DNA of 10,454 nt from Calditrichia bacterium. GTDB lineage: Bacteria; Calditrichota; Calditrichia; RBG-13-44-9. The DNA is taken from positions 1 to 10,454 of the forward strand of contig JARRQT010000124.1 in the NCBI GenBank assembly GCA_037381445.1. Reading direction: 5' to 3'. The translations under genes and the position numbers were made by a program. The notes beneath the pieces were generated by a model that worked only from the letters and a program-made list of their open reading frames with translations, did no database searches and was not told the DNA's origin. Below are positions 1 through 8,411 of the stretch, in pieces; position 1 is the first letter of the stretch; the number at the start of each line of letters is the position of its first letter.

Positions 1-304
1 CATGTTTCATAATTTTAACAACACCTTTTCCAATTTGAATGAAATCAGCGCTAAAATTCAGAGAGGCGAAGGAACGCTGGGAAAACTTGTCTCCGATACG
101 TCCTTTTACGCAAAACTGCTGGCTGTGTCTGAAAAGACCGATCTGTTATTAAAAAAACTGGAAACGGACCGGGGAACCGCCGGCGAATTAATAAATAATA
201 AGGATTTGTACGATCAGATGCTGAAGGTTACAACATCGCTTCATGCACTGACAGAAGACATTAAGAAAAATCCCAAAAAATATATTCATTTGAGCATATT
301 TTAG
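1..304 (+). CDS. MlaD/MCE-family lipid transport protein, C-terminal part (5'-truncated by window edge)
   Basis: Helical tail with two 'G.GT.G.L....(F/L)Y' repeats (GEGTLGKLVSDTSFY; DRGTAGELINNKDLY) and a terminal 'DIKKNPKKYIHLSIF', typical of long MlaD/MCE proteins. The MCE domain itself is outside the window. Confidence 0.75.
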   Translation, partial: MFHNFNNTFSNLNEISAKIQRGEGTLGKLVSDTSFYAKLLAVSEKTDLLLKKLETDRGTAGELINNKDLYDQMLKVTTSLHALTEDIKKNPKKYIHLSIF

Positions 305-449
305 TTACGATCATAAAAAACGATTAATTAACAAATCTGGAAATATTTTGAGTGTTATTCTAATTTTATTTATTTACATACACAGGAAAGCATATGCTCA
401 TGCATTGTACTATCTATAACGAACTTTTTTTAATAACTTCAGTAAAAAC

Positions 450-482
450 TTTCATCAAAACTTCATAAAAGGATTTTAGAAT
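450..482 (+). promoter_or_regulatory. Tandem repeat TTTCAT-CAAAA-CTTCAT (450-466) plus -10-like TAGAAT (477-482): putative activator-dependent promoter
   Basis: Hexamer-N5-hexamer with an 11-bp period, 10 bp upstream of TAGAAT. The same motif recurs at 4307 and 8629. A degenerate third half-site (CTTCAG) lies at 437-442. Confidence 0.6.
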
Positions 483-669
483 AATGTTGAATTTAATTTA
501 GTTATAAAAGTTTTAACCTTTTATCTGTATCGAATTTTGCCTTTTTTGCCGCTTATAATATGTCAGGTTGGTTTACTGACTTTAATCATAGATCAAATAT
601 TTGAAATGAAGTTCCGCTGCGCGTGAAGGATCGAATACGCAGAGAGATTTAATAAGGAGGGAAAATTCA

Positions 670-1194
670 ATGCAGTTAAAAAATTTCGTCATCTTTTCAT
701 TCCTCATTGTTGCATTTCTATTATTCAACTGTAAAAAAGGCTATGTTCCCAATCTGGCGGAACGAGGATTCCCCACCGTTGTGGAAAGTGTCGAGCTGGG
801 GCCGGGTCAGGCAGATACGCTGAGAATGGATCCATTTATGGTGGCAATTCCACCAGGCGCTTTTTCTGATTCAGTGAGATTCGAAATACTGTCAGGCAAA
901 CCCGATAATTTCAAACCCAAAGCCCCCACCGGAGAATTGCCCATACTGGCATTTGCTTTTCGTATTACTGACCTGAAGACCGGCAAATATATTATGGAAC
1001 TCGCACAACCAATGCCGTTAACGGTCACGGATGGAACTATTACTGATCAAAGCAAATTCTACCAGATAAGCAAACAGGGTGATTACAGCATCATTTCGAC
1101 CGGCGTTGAAATCATTCCCGGCCAACTCAGATATTCGGTCACTTCCGTAAAAGATGGCTGGGTTATCGCGGTCGGACCTGCTGCGGCGGATTAA
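670..1194 (+). CDS. Putative lipoprotein (174 aa) with a ZU5-like beta-rich domain
   Basis: RBS AAGGAGG at 654-660. Basic N-terminus, hydrophobic stretch and lipobox-like LFN-C21. The segment 'GPGQADTL..MVAIPPGAFSDSVRFEI' resembles the ZU5 'IPPGA' signature. Confidence 0.7.
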   Translation: MQLKNFVIFSFLIVAFLLFNCKKGYVPNLAERGFPTVVESVELGPGQADTLRMDPFMVAIPPGAFSDSVRFEILSGKPDNFKPKAPTGELPILAFAFRITDLKTGKYIMELAQPMPLTVTDGTITDQSKFYQISKQGDYSIISTGVEIIPGQLRYSVTSVKDGWVIAVGPAAAD

Positions 1195-1260
1195 AGTAAC
1201 GCTTGGACAATTCCTGTATTGGAGGGAATGCAGGAATATGACGTGTGGAAGGAGGTTTTA

Positions 1261-2649
1261 ATGGAGGTACTGTTTTTAATTCCCCCGGCGAAAAACTACT
1301 ACGGCAAAGTGGGATTGAATCTGATGCCGCTGGGTATTGGATATCTGGCCTCGGTTCTGGAGAAAAATGGACACACTGTTTCGGTCATTGATTTCCAGGC
1401 AGAACCGGAAAAAACGAATACCGTCGATTTCAGCAAATACGATGTCGTGGGAATCTCAAGCGATACGCCTCGTTTCAATGCCGCCATTGAATTAGGACGG
1501 CAGATCAGGGCAAAGGGTGTTCCGGTGGTTTTTGGCGGATACCATGCAACTTTTCTGGATGATGAAGCCATCAACAAGGGAGCCGCCGATTTCGTAATCC
1601 GGGGAGAGGGCGAATATCCCATGTTGGAATTGATCGAAAAAATGCAGCGCGGCGGTGAACTCGGCAATATCAGGGGCTTAACCTATAAACCCAATGGCGA
1701 AATTAAACGAAATCCGTCGGCCAGTCTGATTCAGGATCTGGATGAGCTTCCCTTTCCAACCCGAAACATCTTTGCAGAGGACCGCTATTTATCGATTTTT
1801 GATGATCGCAAAATGGCAACCGTGCTCACCAGCCGCGGCTGCCCGTTCGATTGTTATTTCTGCGCCTCCAGCCGTTTTGCGGGGCTGAAGTGGCGACGGA
1901 GATCTCTGGATTCGGTATTTTCCGAACTGGATCAACTTATTCAGCAGGGATACCATTCCTTCATTTTTATAGATGATAATTTTACACTCAGTTACCGCCG
2001 GACCATGGATTTCTGTAACGAAGTGCTTGCGAGAAAATGGGATATAAAATGGTGGTGTTTCTCCCGGGTAGATTCCGTGGTAAAACACCCCGACATGGTC
2101 CGGAAAATGGCTGAGGCCGGAAACCGGAGTGTCTTTTTGGGGCTGGAAAGCGGTAATCAGGATACACTGGATTATTTCCAGAAAAAGACCACACTGGAAA
2201 TGCAGGAAAAAGCTGTTCGCATTCTAAAAGATAATAATATCAGAATTTTCGGAAGTTTTATTCTGGGCGAGCTCCATGAAACCAGGAAAATGATAAAAGA
2301 GACCATAAAATTTGCCAAAAAATTGAACCCGGACACCTGCCAGTTCTCCCTTCTGACACCATACCCGGGATCGCGCTTATTTCAGCAAATGGAAGAATTT
2401 AAACAATTGATAACCCGGAACTGGGATCTTTATGACGGTGCCCATATTGTATTTAAAAATCCCAATCTGTCGGTTCGTGAACTGCATAAACTTTTTCGGC
2501 AAGCCTATATCCGATTTTATATGCGACTATCCAATATCCCAGGGGTTATCAAGAAATTCATCTTCGATCCCAAAGAGTTTAAAGAAATTGTACATACAGC
2601 CTATTCAGGTTTTTCAGTCATTCACCAATTAAATAATCGCAAATCATAA
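1261..2649 (+). CDS. B12-binding domain radical SAM protein (class B-type architecture), 462 aa
   Basis: N-terminal cobalamin-binding domain (PLGIGYLASVL, VVFGGYHAT, DFVIRGEGE), TSRG-CPFDCYFC (CxxxCxxC, nt 1840-1863), FIDDNF, GLESG and TPYPGS. Start moved from the ORF-track 1219 to ATG 1261, which follows AAGGAGGT (1249-1256). Confidence 0.9.
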   Translation: MEVLFLIPPAKNYYGKVGLNLMPLGIGYLASVLEKNGHTVSVIDFQAEPEKTNTVDFSKYDVVGISSDTPRFNAAIELGRQIRAKGVPVVFGGYHATFLDDEAINKGAADFVIRGEGEYPMLELIEKMQRGGELGNIRGLTYKPNGEIKRNPSASLIQDLDELPFPTRNIFAEDRYLSIFDDRKMATVLTSRGCPFDCYFCASSRFAGLKWRRRSLDSVFSELDQLIQQGYHSFIFIDDNFTLSYRRTMDFCNEVLARKWDIKWWCFSRVDSVVKHPDMVRKMAEAGNRSVFLGLESGNQDTLDYFQKKTTLEMQEKAVRILKDNNIRIFGSFILGELHETRKMIKETIKFAKKLNPDTCQFSLLTPYPGSRLFQQMEEFKQLITRNWDLYDGAHIVFKNPNLSVRELHKLFRQAYIRFYMRLSNIPGVIKKFIFDPKEFKEIVHTAYSGFSVIHQLNNRKS

Positions 2650-2671
2650 ATCATAATATCGGGAGGCAGAA

Positions 2672-4135
2672 ATGAACGATTTATTTAAGTTCAGTAACAT
2701 GTGGCAGATGATGTCCACGGAAGTTCTGGATGTGGCGGTTAGATCCAAAGCAATACGGAATTGGGCATTAAAGAAAGGCTCTAATCAGCTCTATGATTTT
2801 TTTGTGGTAGAAAATGAGGATAATCTGCCCTTTAAAGTTCAGGAGATGCGATACCTTGCACTAACGAATTTATTGCATACCGTGAACAAGGCCTTATCTG
2901 ACGGAAGGATTTCGGCCGAAGTCCGGCGAGGCGTCGTCAAGAATTTTATTGGGAAGGTCATAACGGGCGAGTATGAGCGCCAGCGTCCCTTCAGGGAACA
3001 GTACGGTTTCAATCCGCCTTCTTTTTTGACAATCAGTCCCACCAAAAAGTGCAATCTGGCCTGCAAGGGATGCTATGCTGCCAGCTCCAAGAAAAACGAC
3101 AATACCCTTCCCTATAACGTATTTGACCGCATGATAAAAGAAAAAAAGGATCTCTGGGGCTCCCACTTCACAGTCATTTCCGGAGGCGAGCCACTGATGT
3201 ATCAGAGCGAAGGCAAAGATTTGTTTGATATTTTTCGGGAAAACAACGACAATTACTTTATGATGTATACGAATTCGACATTAATCGATCGCGATATGGC
3301 AAAAAGGCTGGCGGAAGTCGGCAATGTTACGCCGGCCATATCCGTTGAAGGATGGGAAAAAGAAACCGATGCCCGCCGCGGAAAGGGCGTATATGCCAAA
3401 ATCCAGGAAGCTATGAATAACCTGCGTGCAGAAGGCGTGCCCTTCGGCGTTTCAGTGACAGCTACAAAAGAAAACGCCGAGGTGGTATTATCCGACGAAT
3501 TCATGGATTATTATTTTAATGAAAAGGGGGCAATTTACGGCTGGATATTCCAGTATATGCCCATCGGCAGAAGTTATACTGTCGATATGATGGTAACGCC
3601 CGAACAGCGCAAATGGATGCTTCAGCAGGAACTGGATCTAATATATAAAAAGAACCTCTTTCTGATCGATTTCTGGAATGGTGGCCCCATGTCAGTGGGG
3701 TGTATTGCAGCCGGACGTTCGGGAGGATATTTCTATGTTGACTGGGATGGCAACATTGCACCCTGTGTTTTCTTCCCCTACCGGGTGGGGAACATAAAAG
3801 AAATCTACAAGAAGGGGGAGAATTTGACTTCCGTGCTGACCACCGGTTACTTCAAGGCAATCCGCTCCTGGCAGGATGCGTATACAAGCAGAAACAACGG
3901 GGCAAAGGTGAAGAATCTTTTCATGCCATGCCCAATCCGCGATCACTATAAGTTTGCGCACAAAACCATCAACCGTTTCAACGCCGAACCGATGGACAGT
4001 GATGCCGCCAAAGCCATTACCGATCCGAAATATAAAGAGAGAATGGTAGAGTACGATAACAGATTAAGTCAGCTTCTGGATCCCATGTGGAAAGATGGTT
4101 TTACAAACCGTGCCAATGGTAACGGCAAGCACTGA
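2672..4135 (+). CDS. Radical SAM protein with C-terminal SPASM/twitch-like domain, 487 aa (candidate Mss-like lipid enzyme)
   Basis: CNLACKGC (nt 3050-3073), SGGEP, YTNSTLID and PAISVEG...TDARRGKG. C-terminal DFWNGG..GCIAAG..YVDWDGNIAPCVF..MPCP. RBS GGGAGG at 2661-2666, and only 22 bp separate it from the previous stop. Confidence 0.88.
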   Translation: MNDLFKFSNMWQMMSTEVLDVAVRSKAIRNWALKKGSNQLYDFFVVENEDNLPFKVQEMRYLALTNLLHTVNKALSDGRISAEVRRGVVKNFIGKVITGEYERQRPFREQYGFNPPSFLTISPTKKCNLACKGCYAASSKKNDNTLPYNVFDRMIKEKKDLWGSHFTVISGGEPLMYQSEGKDLFDIFRENNDNYFMMYTNSTLIDRDMAKRLAEVGNVTPAISVEGWEKETDARRGKGVYAKIQEAMNNLRAEGVPFGVSVTATKENAEVVLSDEFMDYYFNEKGAIYGWIFQYMPIGRSYTVDMMVTPEQRKWMLQQELDLIYKKNLFLIDFWNGGPMSVGCIAAGRSGGYFYVDWDGNIAPCVFFPYRVGNIKEIYKKGENLTSVLTTGYFKAIRSWQDAYTSRNNGAKVKNLFMPCPIRDHYKFAHKTINRFNAEPMDSDAAKAITDPKYKERMVEYDNRLSQLLDPMWKDGFTNRANGNGKH

Positions 4136-4227
4136 TTTGAAAGGAAAAACCTTTTGGTGTGAATTTTTAAGGCAATCCTGAATACCAAATGAGGCAAATC
4201 GGGTCAAAAATAATCCTCGCGGAGAGC

Positions 4228-4266
4228 AAAACCGGCCAGCCGCTTCTGCTGGCCGGTTTTTATTTT
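4228..4266 (+). terminator. Rho-independent terminator, possibly bidirectional
   Basis: Perfect 13-bp inverted repeat AAAACCGGCCAGC (4228-4240) / GCTGGCCGGTTTT (4248-4260) with a 7-nt loop, then TATTTT. It lies about 90 bp after the radical SAM stop. Confidence 0.85.
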
Positions 4267-4306
4267 CAGGCAATGGTGATTTATGCTCCTTCTTTCCCGC
4301 ATCTTA

Positions 4307-4338
4307 TTTCATTAAATCTTCATTTAATTTGATAATAT
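4307..4338 (+). promoter_or_regulatory. Tandem repeat TTTCAT-TAAAT-CTTCAT (4307-4323) plus extended -10-like TG-A-TAATAT (4330-4338)
   Basis: Same 11-bp-period motif as at 450 and 8629, located just after the terminator and upstream of the efflux operon. It is 9 bp from TAATAT. Confidence 0.55.
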
Positions 4339-4463
4339 TTGCTTGCTTTAGATGGCGGTATTGTATTATCATAATCTTTTTTCTTAATCATGAATGTGAG
4401 CCGAGCGCTCCTTTCTAAATAGCAAAAGAAATTTCTATACTGAATGAAAAGGATAAGTTATTT

Positions 4464-5453
4464 ATGGAAAATCCAAATTCGGCAAACACCGCTAAATCGG
4501 ATAATCCCGAGACCGGAAGGAAAACGCAGAAGGTAAAGTGGTACCGCAAAAAAATATTCATCATCCCCTTCTTTGTATTTCTGCTCATCATAGCCGCCGG
4601 TTTTTGGTACTGGGATACCTATTTGCGCGGTTATGTTTCTACCGATGATGCTCACATTGAGGGAAACAGCGTGGCAATCAGCGCCAAAATACTGGGACGA
4701 ATTACTAATCTGACTGTGAATGAAGGAGACACAGTAAGCATGAACCAGTTCCTCGTGCAACTGGACAGCACGGATTTGCATGCCCGAAAAGTGCAGGCCC
4801 GGGCAAATGTGGAATACGCGAAACAGAGCGCGGCCCTTGCCCAAGTCAATCAGAAGCTGGCGCAGGAAGATTTTAACCGGGCGGCGGTGCAGTTCCAGAA
4901 AAAGATAATCCCCCAGGAACAGTACGATCATGCAAAGCAGGCATTGGATCGGGCAAAGGTCCAGCACGATATGGCCCTCGCCCAGATCAGCACGGCAAAA
5001 GCCCAGCTCGACGTTATCAAAACCCAGCTGCTAGATACCAGGATATATTCCCCCATATCCGGCGTAGTGGCCAGGCGGTGGGTACTGCCCGGAGATGTGG
5101 TACAGCCTGCGCAACCCATTTTTACCATCTACAATCTGAGTGATATCTGGATCACCGCCAATTTTGAGGAGGGTAAAATCAATTCGATTCATATGAATGA
5201 TCCTGTGGAAATCTCTGTTGATGCTTATCCCGGAATCAATTTTTCCGGAAGTGTGTTTGAAGTGGGCGCCGCGGCTGCGTCCCAGTTCTCGCTTATTCCA
5301 CCCAACAATGCATCAGGAAATTACACGAAAGTCTCTCAAAGGGTTCCCTTCAAGATCTCAATTCACCAGGATGATAAACACGAAGATATCGTTCATCTGC
5401 TGCCTGGGATGTCGGTAGTGGTCAAGGTCCGGGTCAAGGGCGAATCAAAATGA
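4464..5453 (+). CDS. emrA: EmrA/HlyD-family periplasmic adaptor (membrane fusion protein)
   Basis: N-terminal TM helix, STDDAHIEG, lipoyl halves (GRITNLTVNEGDTV; IYSPISGVV), coiled-coil hairpin, ANFEE, and the EmrA signature FSLIPPNNASGNYTKVSQRVP followed by LLPGMSV. Confidence 0.92.
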   Translation: MENPNSANTAKSDNPETGRKTQKVKWYRKKIFIIPFFVFLLIIAAGFWYWDTYLRGYVSTDDAHIEGNSVAISAKILGRITNLTVNEGDTVSMNQFLVQLDSTDLHARKVQARANVEYAKQSAALAQVNQKLAQEDFNRAAVQFQKKIIPQEQYDHAKQALDRAKVQHDMALAQISTAKAQLDVIKTQLLDTRIYSPISGVVARRWVLPGDVVQPAQPIFTIYNLSDIWITANFEEGKINSIHMNDPVEISVDAYPGINFSGSVFEVGAAAASQFSLIPPNNASGNYTKVSQRVPFKISIHQDDKHEDIVHLLPGMSVVVKVRVKGESK

Positions 5454-7069
5454 AATTTGAGCGTCTCTTTCATTTTCGGGACCAGATTGTCAGGCAGGTC
5501 CCCCAGCTAAATCCTCAGAATGAAGCCTACCGCTGGTTCGTTCTGGCCTCGGTCATGGTTGGCACCTTCATGGCCGTTCTGGATGCAACCGTTGTCAACG
5601 TCGCGCTTCCCAAGCTGATGGCCACCTTTGGGGTTCCCGTTGATACGGTGGAATGGATCCTCACCGCCTATCTGCTTATTTTTGGGGTGATGCTTCCTTC
5701 CTCCGGCTGGTTCGCGGACCACATTGGATATAAAAAAGTGTTCATTTTTGCGCTGTTTCTCTTTACCCTGGGATCGTTGTTATCCAGTCTCGCATGGGAT
5801 TTTAATATCCTGATTGCATTTCGGGTGATCCAGGGCGCCGGAGCGGGTTTGCTGATGCCGGTAGGCATGGCGATCATCACCCGCGAATTCCCTCCCGAAA
5901 AAAGAGGGATTGCGCTGGGGTTCTGGGCCATATCCGCATCCGCCTCCGTTTCCCTCGGACCAACAATCGGGGGTTATCTTATCGATAATTATTCCTGGCA
6001 TACCATTTTTGATGTGAATGTGCCGATCGGCATCATGGGAATGCTGGCATCGACCATAATTTTGCGGGAATACAAATCGGAAGATGTGCGGTCATTCGAT
6101 ATCGTCGGTTTTTTGTCCCTCTCCACTTTTCTGACGGCCCTTTTGCTGGCTTTGTCCAATGGAAACTCCGCATGGAATACTGGCGGCTGGACTTCTACCT
6201 TTATTTTGACAAATTTTGCTCTTTCTGTTATCGGACTGGTCGTCTTTCTTATTACCGAATTTACCGTGGAACACCCGTTGATAGAATTGCATCTGTTTAA
6301 GAGCTTTAACTTCAGCATCAGCAACCTGGTGCTTTTTATTTTCGGCCTGGGTATGTTTGGAAGCAATTTTCTGCTGCCCATTTATTTGCAGAACTCATTG
6401 GGATATACACCGCTTCAGGCCGGACTGGTTTTTCTGCCTGTGGGAATCATACTGGGAATAACTTCGCCCATCGCAGGTTTTCTCTCCGATAAATTCAACG
6501 CCAAATTCCCTGCATTTATCGGGCTAGGCTTGCTGGCGCTGACGCTTTATCAGTTCAGTTTTCTGTCTTCTCTCTCGCCCCACTCGCAAATTATGTTGCC
6601 GCTATACATCCGCGGAGTGGCAATGGGTCTGATTTTTTCTCCCCTTACCACCATCGCCATTGCGGAAATATCCAATGAAAAAATGGCGCAGGCGTCGGGT
6701 CTTATCAATGTTATCCGTCAGATCGGGGGCAGTTTTGGTGTGGCAATTTTCGGAACATTGCTGACCCAGCGCACCATCTTTCATTCCGCAATTTACGGAG
6801 AGCAGATTAATCAGTATTCCGAAGCTTTTAAACAAGTTATGTTTAAGCTGCAACATTTCGCCCAGCAGGCCACCGGCGGAACGTTTGGACAGGCGGCAGC
6901 CAAAGGCCAGGCCCTCATCGCAATGTATATTCAGAACCAGGCATTTATCCGTGCGGTAGATGATGTTTTTCTGGTAGCAGCCTTTGTATTGCTTTTCAGC
7001 ATGCTGCCGGTCTTGTTTCTACGGAGCCGAAAAAAATTGAAAGAGGAACACAGGACATTCATTGATTAA
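5450..7069 (+). CDS. emrB: EmrB/QacA-family (DHA2) MFS efflux transporter
   Basis: FMAVLDATVVNVALP (motif D1), WILTAYLL, GWFADHIGYKK (motif A), FRVIQGAGAG, LGPTIGGYL, W..IF.VNVPIG and RQIGGSFGVA. ATGA overlap with the emrA-like stop. Confidence 0.93.
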   Translation: MKFERLFHFRDQIVRQVPQLNPQNEAYRWFVLASVMVGTFMAVLDATVVNVALPKLMATFGVPVDTVEWILTAYLLIFGVMLPSSGWFADHIGYKKVFIFALFLFTLGSLLSSLAWDFNILIAFRVIQGAGAGLLMPVGMAIITREFPPEKRGIALGFWAISASASVSLGPTIGGYLIDNYSWHTIFDVNVPIGIMGMLASTIILREYKSEDVRSFDIVGFLSLSTFLTALLLALSNGNSAWNTGGWTSTFILTNFALSVIGLVVFLITEFTVEHPLIELHLFKSFNFSISNLVLFIFGLGMFGSNFLLPIYLQNSLGYTPLQAGLVFLPVGIILGITSPIAGFLSDKFNAKFPAFIGLGLLALTLYQFSFLSSLSPHSQIMLPLYIRGVAMGLIFSPLTTIAIAEISNEKMAQASGLINVIRQIGGSFGVAIFGTLLTQRTIFHSAIYGEQINQYSEAFKQVMFKLQHFAQQATGGTFGQAAAKGQALIAMYIQNQAFIRAVDDVFLVAAFVLLFSMLPVLFLRSRKKLKEEHRTFID

Positions 7070-7100
7070 TCCCAAACAACGTATCCAGCAGAGGTTTATG

Positions 7101-8411
7101 ATGAGAAGGAATCTGTTTTACATATCATGCATACTTTTATTGATGGTAGCCGGAAATTTATTTTCCCAGTCGCACACTGCTGACACGCTCACTGTGGATC
7201 AGGCGATTCAACTGACCGTGGAAAACCATCCTCTGATCCGCCAGGCGACCGAGGGCATCAATGCTTCCCGGGCAAATGTGGAGGTGAGCCGCAGCAGCTA
7301 TTATCCCGGAGTAACCGGCGAAGCAAGCTATTCCCGCATCGGCCCCACTCCCAAGCTTAATTTTTTAGGCGAATCTTTTTCCTTGTTTCCTGCGAACAAT
7401 TACGACTTTCATGTGGGGGCAAACCAAAGAGTTTACGATTTCGGCAAGCGGTCCACAGCCGTGGAACTGGCCAAATCCGGCATTGAATCCGCTTCTGACA
7501 ATCTGGGACTGGTGAAATCGAACCTTACCTTCCGCACCATACAGGTTTTCTATGCAATATTATTTCTTCAGCAAAATCAGTCAGTCCTGGATGAAGAGAT
7601 AAGTGCCCTGAATGCACATATTGAAGTGACCCGTAAAATGGCAGAAACCGGAAGTGCCACGGAGTTTGAAGTCCTGACTACCAAAGTCCGGGTAGCCGAT
7701 GCGGAAAACCGAAAAGTGGATGTGCAAAATGCGCTGAATCGGCAGAATATTCTGCTGCATCAGTTGACGGGAATCCCCATGCAAAAAGAAATAAAGCTGA
7801 GCGGCCAATTCGCCAGGACACCCATTGAGCTCAACACAGATTCTCTTGTTTCAACAGCATTAAATTTGCGCCCGGAATACCAGTTGGCAAAGGACGCAAT
7901 CACTTCCGCCGAGATAAGGCAACGGCTTGCTTCTATCGGCGACCGGCCCGATCTTGATCTCCATCTGCTGGCCGGACTCAAAAACGGATTCATACCCAAC
8001 CTGAATACCATTAAATTTAATTGGGTTGCCGGTGTTCAGCTGCAGGTTCCTGTTTTTAATGGATTTCGTACCCGTTACCAAACCCAGGAAGCGAGAGCCA
8101 ACCTTGAGGCTGCCAGGGCACATATTCAGGATGTTCAGCGCCGGATTGTCTCCGAAGTGCAACAGGAAGTTGCCAATGTGAAGGCGAGTGAAGAGAAACT
8201 GAAAACCTCTCAAGTGCAGCTTGCGCAAGCCAGGGAGGCGCTTTCCATGGCGAAAACCCGCTTTGAAATCGGGATGGTTACAAATCTGGATTTGCTGGAT
8301 GCTCAAACATCCCTTTCCCAGGCGGAATTGAATCACCTTCGCTCGCTGTACAATTATGTACAAAACCGCTATGCGCTGGAAAATGCCATCGGAAAAAAAT
8401 TGTGGAAATAG
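7101..8411 (+). CDS. TolC-family outer membrane efflux protein
   Basis: Signal peptide and two OEP repeats (YDFGKR, RPEY, VPVFNGF, RFEIGMVTNLDLLDAQ, LENAIG). Start is more likely ATG 7101 (or 7098) after AGAGGT (7090-7095) than TTG 7062. Confidence 0.9.
   Translation: MRRNLFYISCILLLMVAGNLFSQSHTADTLTVDQAIQLTVENHPLIRQATEGINASRANVEVSRSSYYPGVTGEASYSRIGPTPKLNFLGESFSLFPANNYDFHVGANQRVYDFGKRSTAVELAKSGIESASDNLGLVKSNLTFRTIQVFYAILFLQQNQSVLDEEISALNAHIEVTRKMAETGSATEFEVLTTKVRVADAENRKVDVQNALNRQNILLHQLTGIPMQKEIKLSGQFARTPIELNTDSLVSTALNLRPEYQLAKDAITSAEIRQRLASIGDRPDLDLHLLAGLKNGFIPNLNTIKFNWVAGVQLQVPVFNGFRTRYQTQEARANLEAARAHIQDVQRRIVSEVQQEVANVKASEEKLKTSQVQLAQAREALSMAKTRFEIGMVTNLDLLDAQTSLSQAELNHLRSLYNYVQNRYALENAIGKKLWK

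Noticed and set aside
305..1260. Cobalamin riboswitch or RiPP precursor associated with the radical SAM genes
   Set aside because: I saw no B12-box or GGGAA core elements, and no plausible leader-plus-core precursor ORF in the intergenic regions.
1219..1260. ORF-track N-terminal extension of the B12 radical SAM
   Set aside because: The TTG start lacks an RBS. The strong AAGGAGGT precedes ATG 1261, where the domain's first beta strand (MEVLFLIPP) begins.
4193..4260. GGCAAA...GAGCAAAACC resembling a c-di-GMP-I (GEMM) riboswitch ahead of a terminator
   Set aside because: It lacks the GACGCAAA core, the GNRA tetraloop and the tetraloop receptor. The hairpin is explained as the terminator of the radical SAM operon.
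4064..4273. 69-aa minus-strand ORF
   Set aside because: It runs through the terminator hairpin and the radical SAM 3' end, and has no protein-like features.
4269..4300. GGCAATGGTG resembling the start of a fluoride riboswitch
   Set aside because: There is no complementary TTGCC/TCGCC stem and no downstream TAATGAC.CCTAC-like element.
4458..4967. 169-aa minus-strand ORF, and the other antisense ORFs such as 7860-8447, 9537-10025, 1299-1667 and 5989-6381
   Set aside because: They are shadow ORFs overlapping well-supported + strand genes, with no recognisable motifs.
7062..7097. TTG start for the TolC-like gene overlapping emrB
   Set aside because: An RBS at 7090-7095 and normal signal peptide length favour ATG 7098 or 7101.
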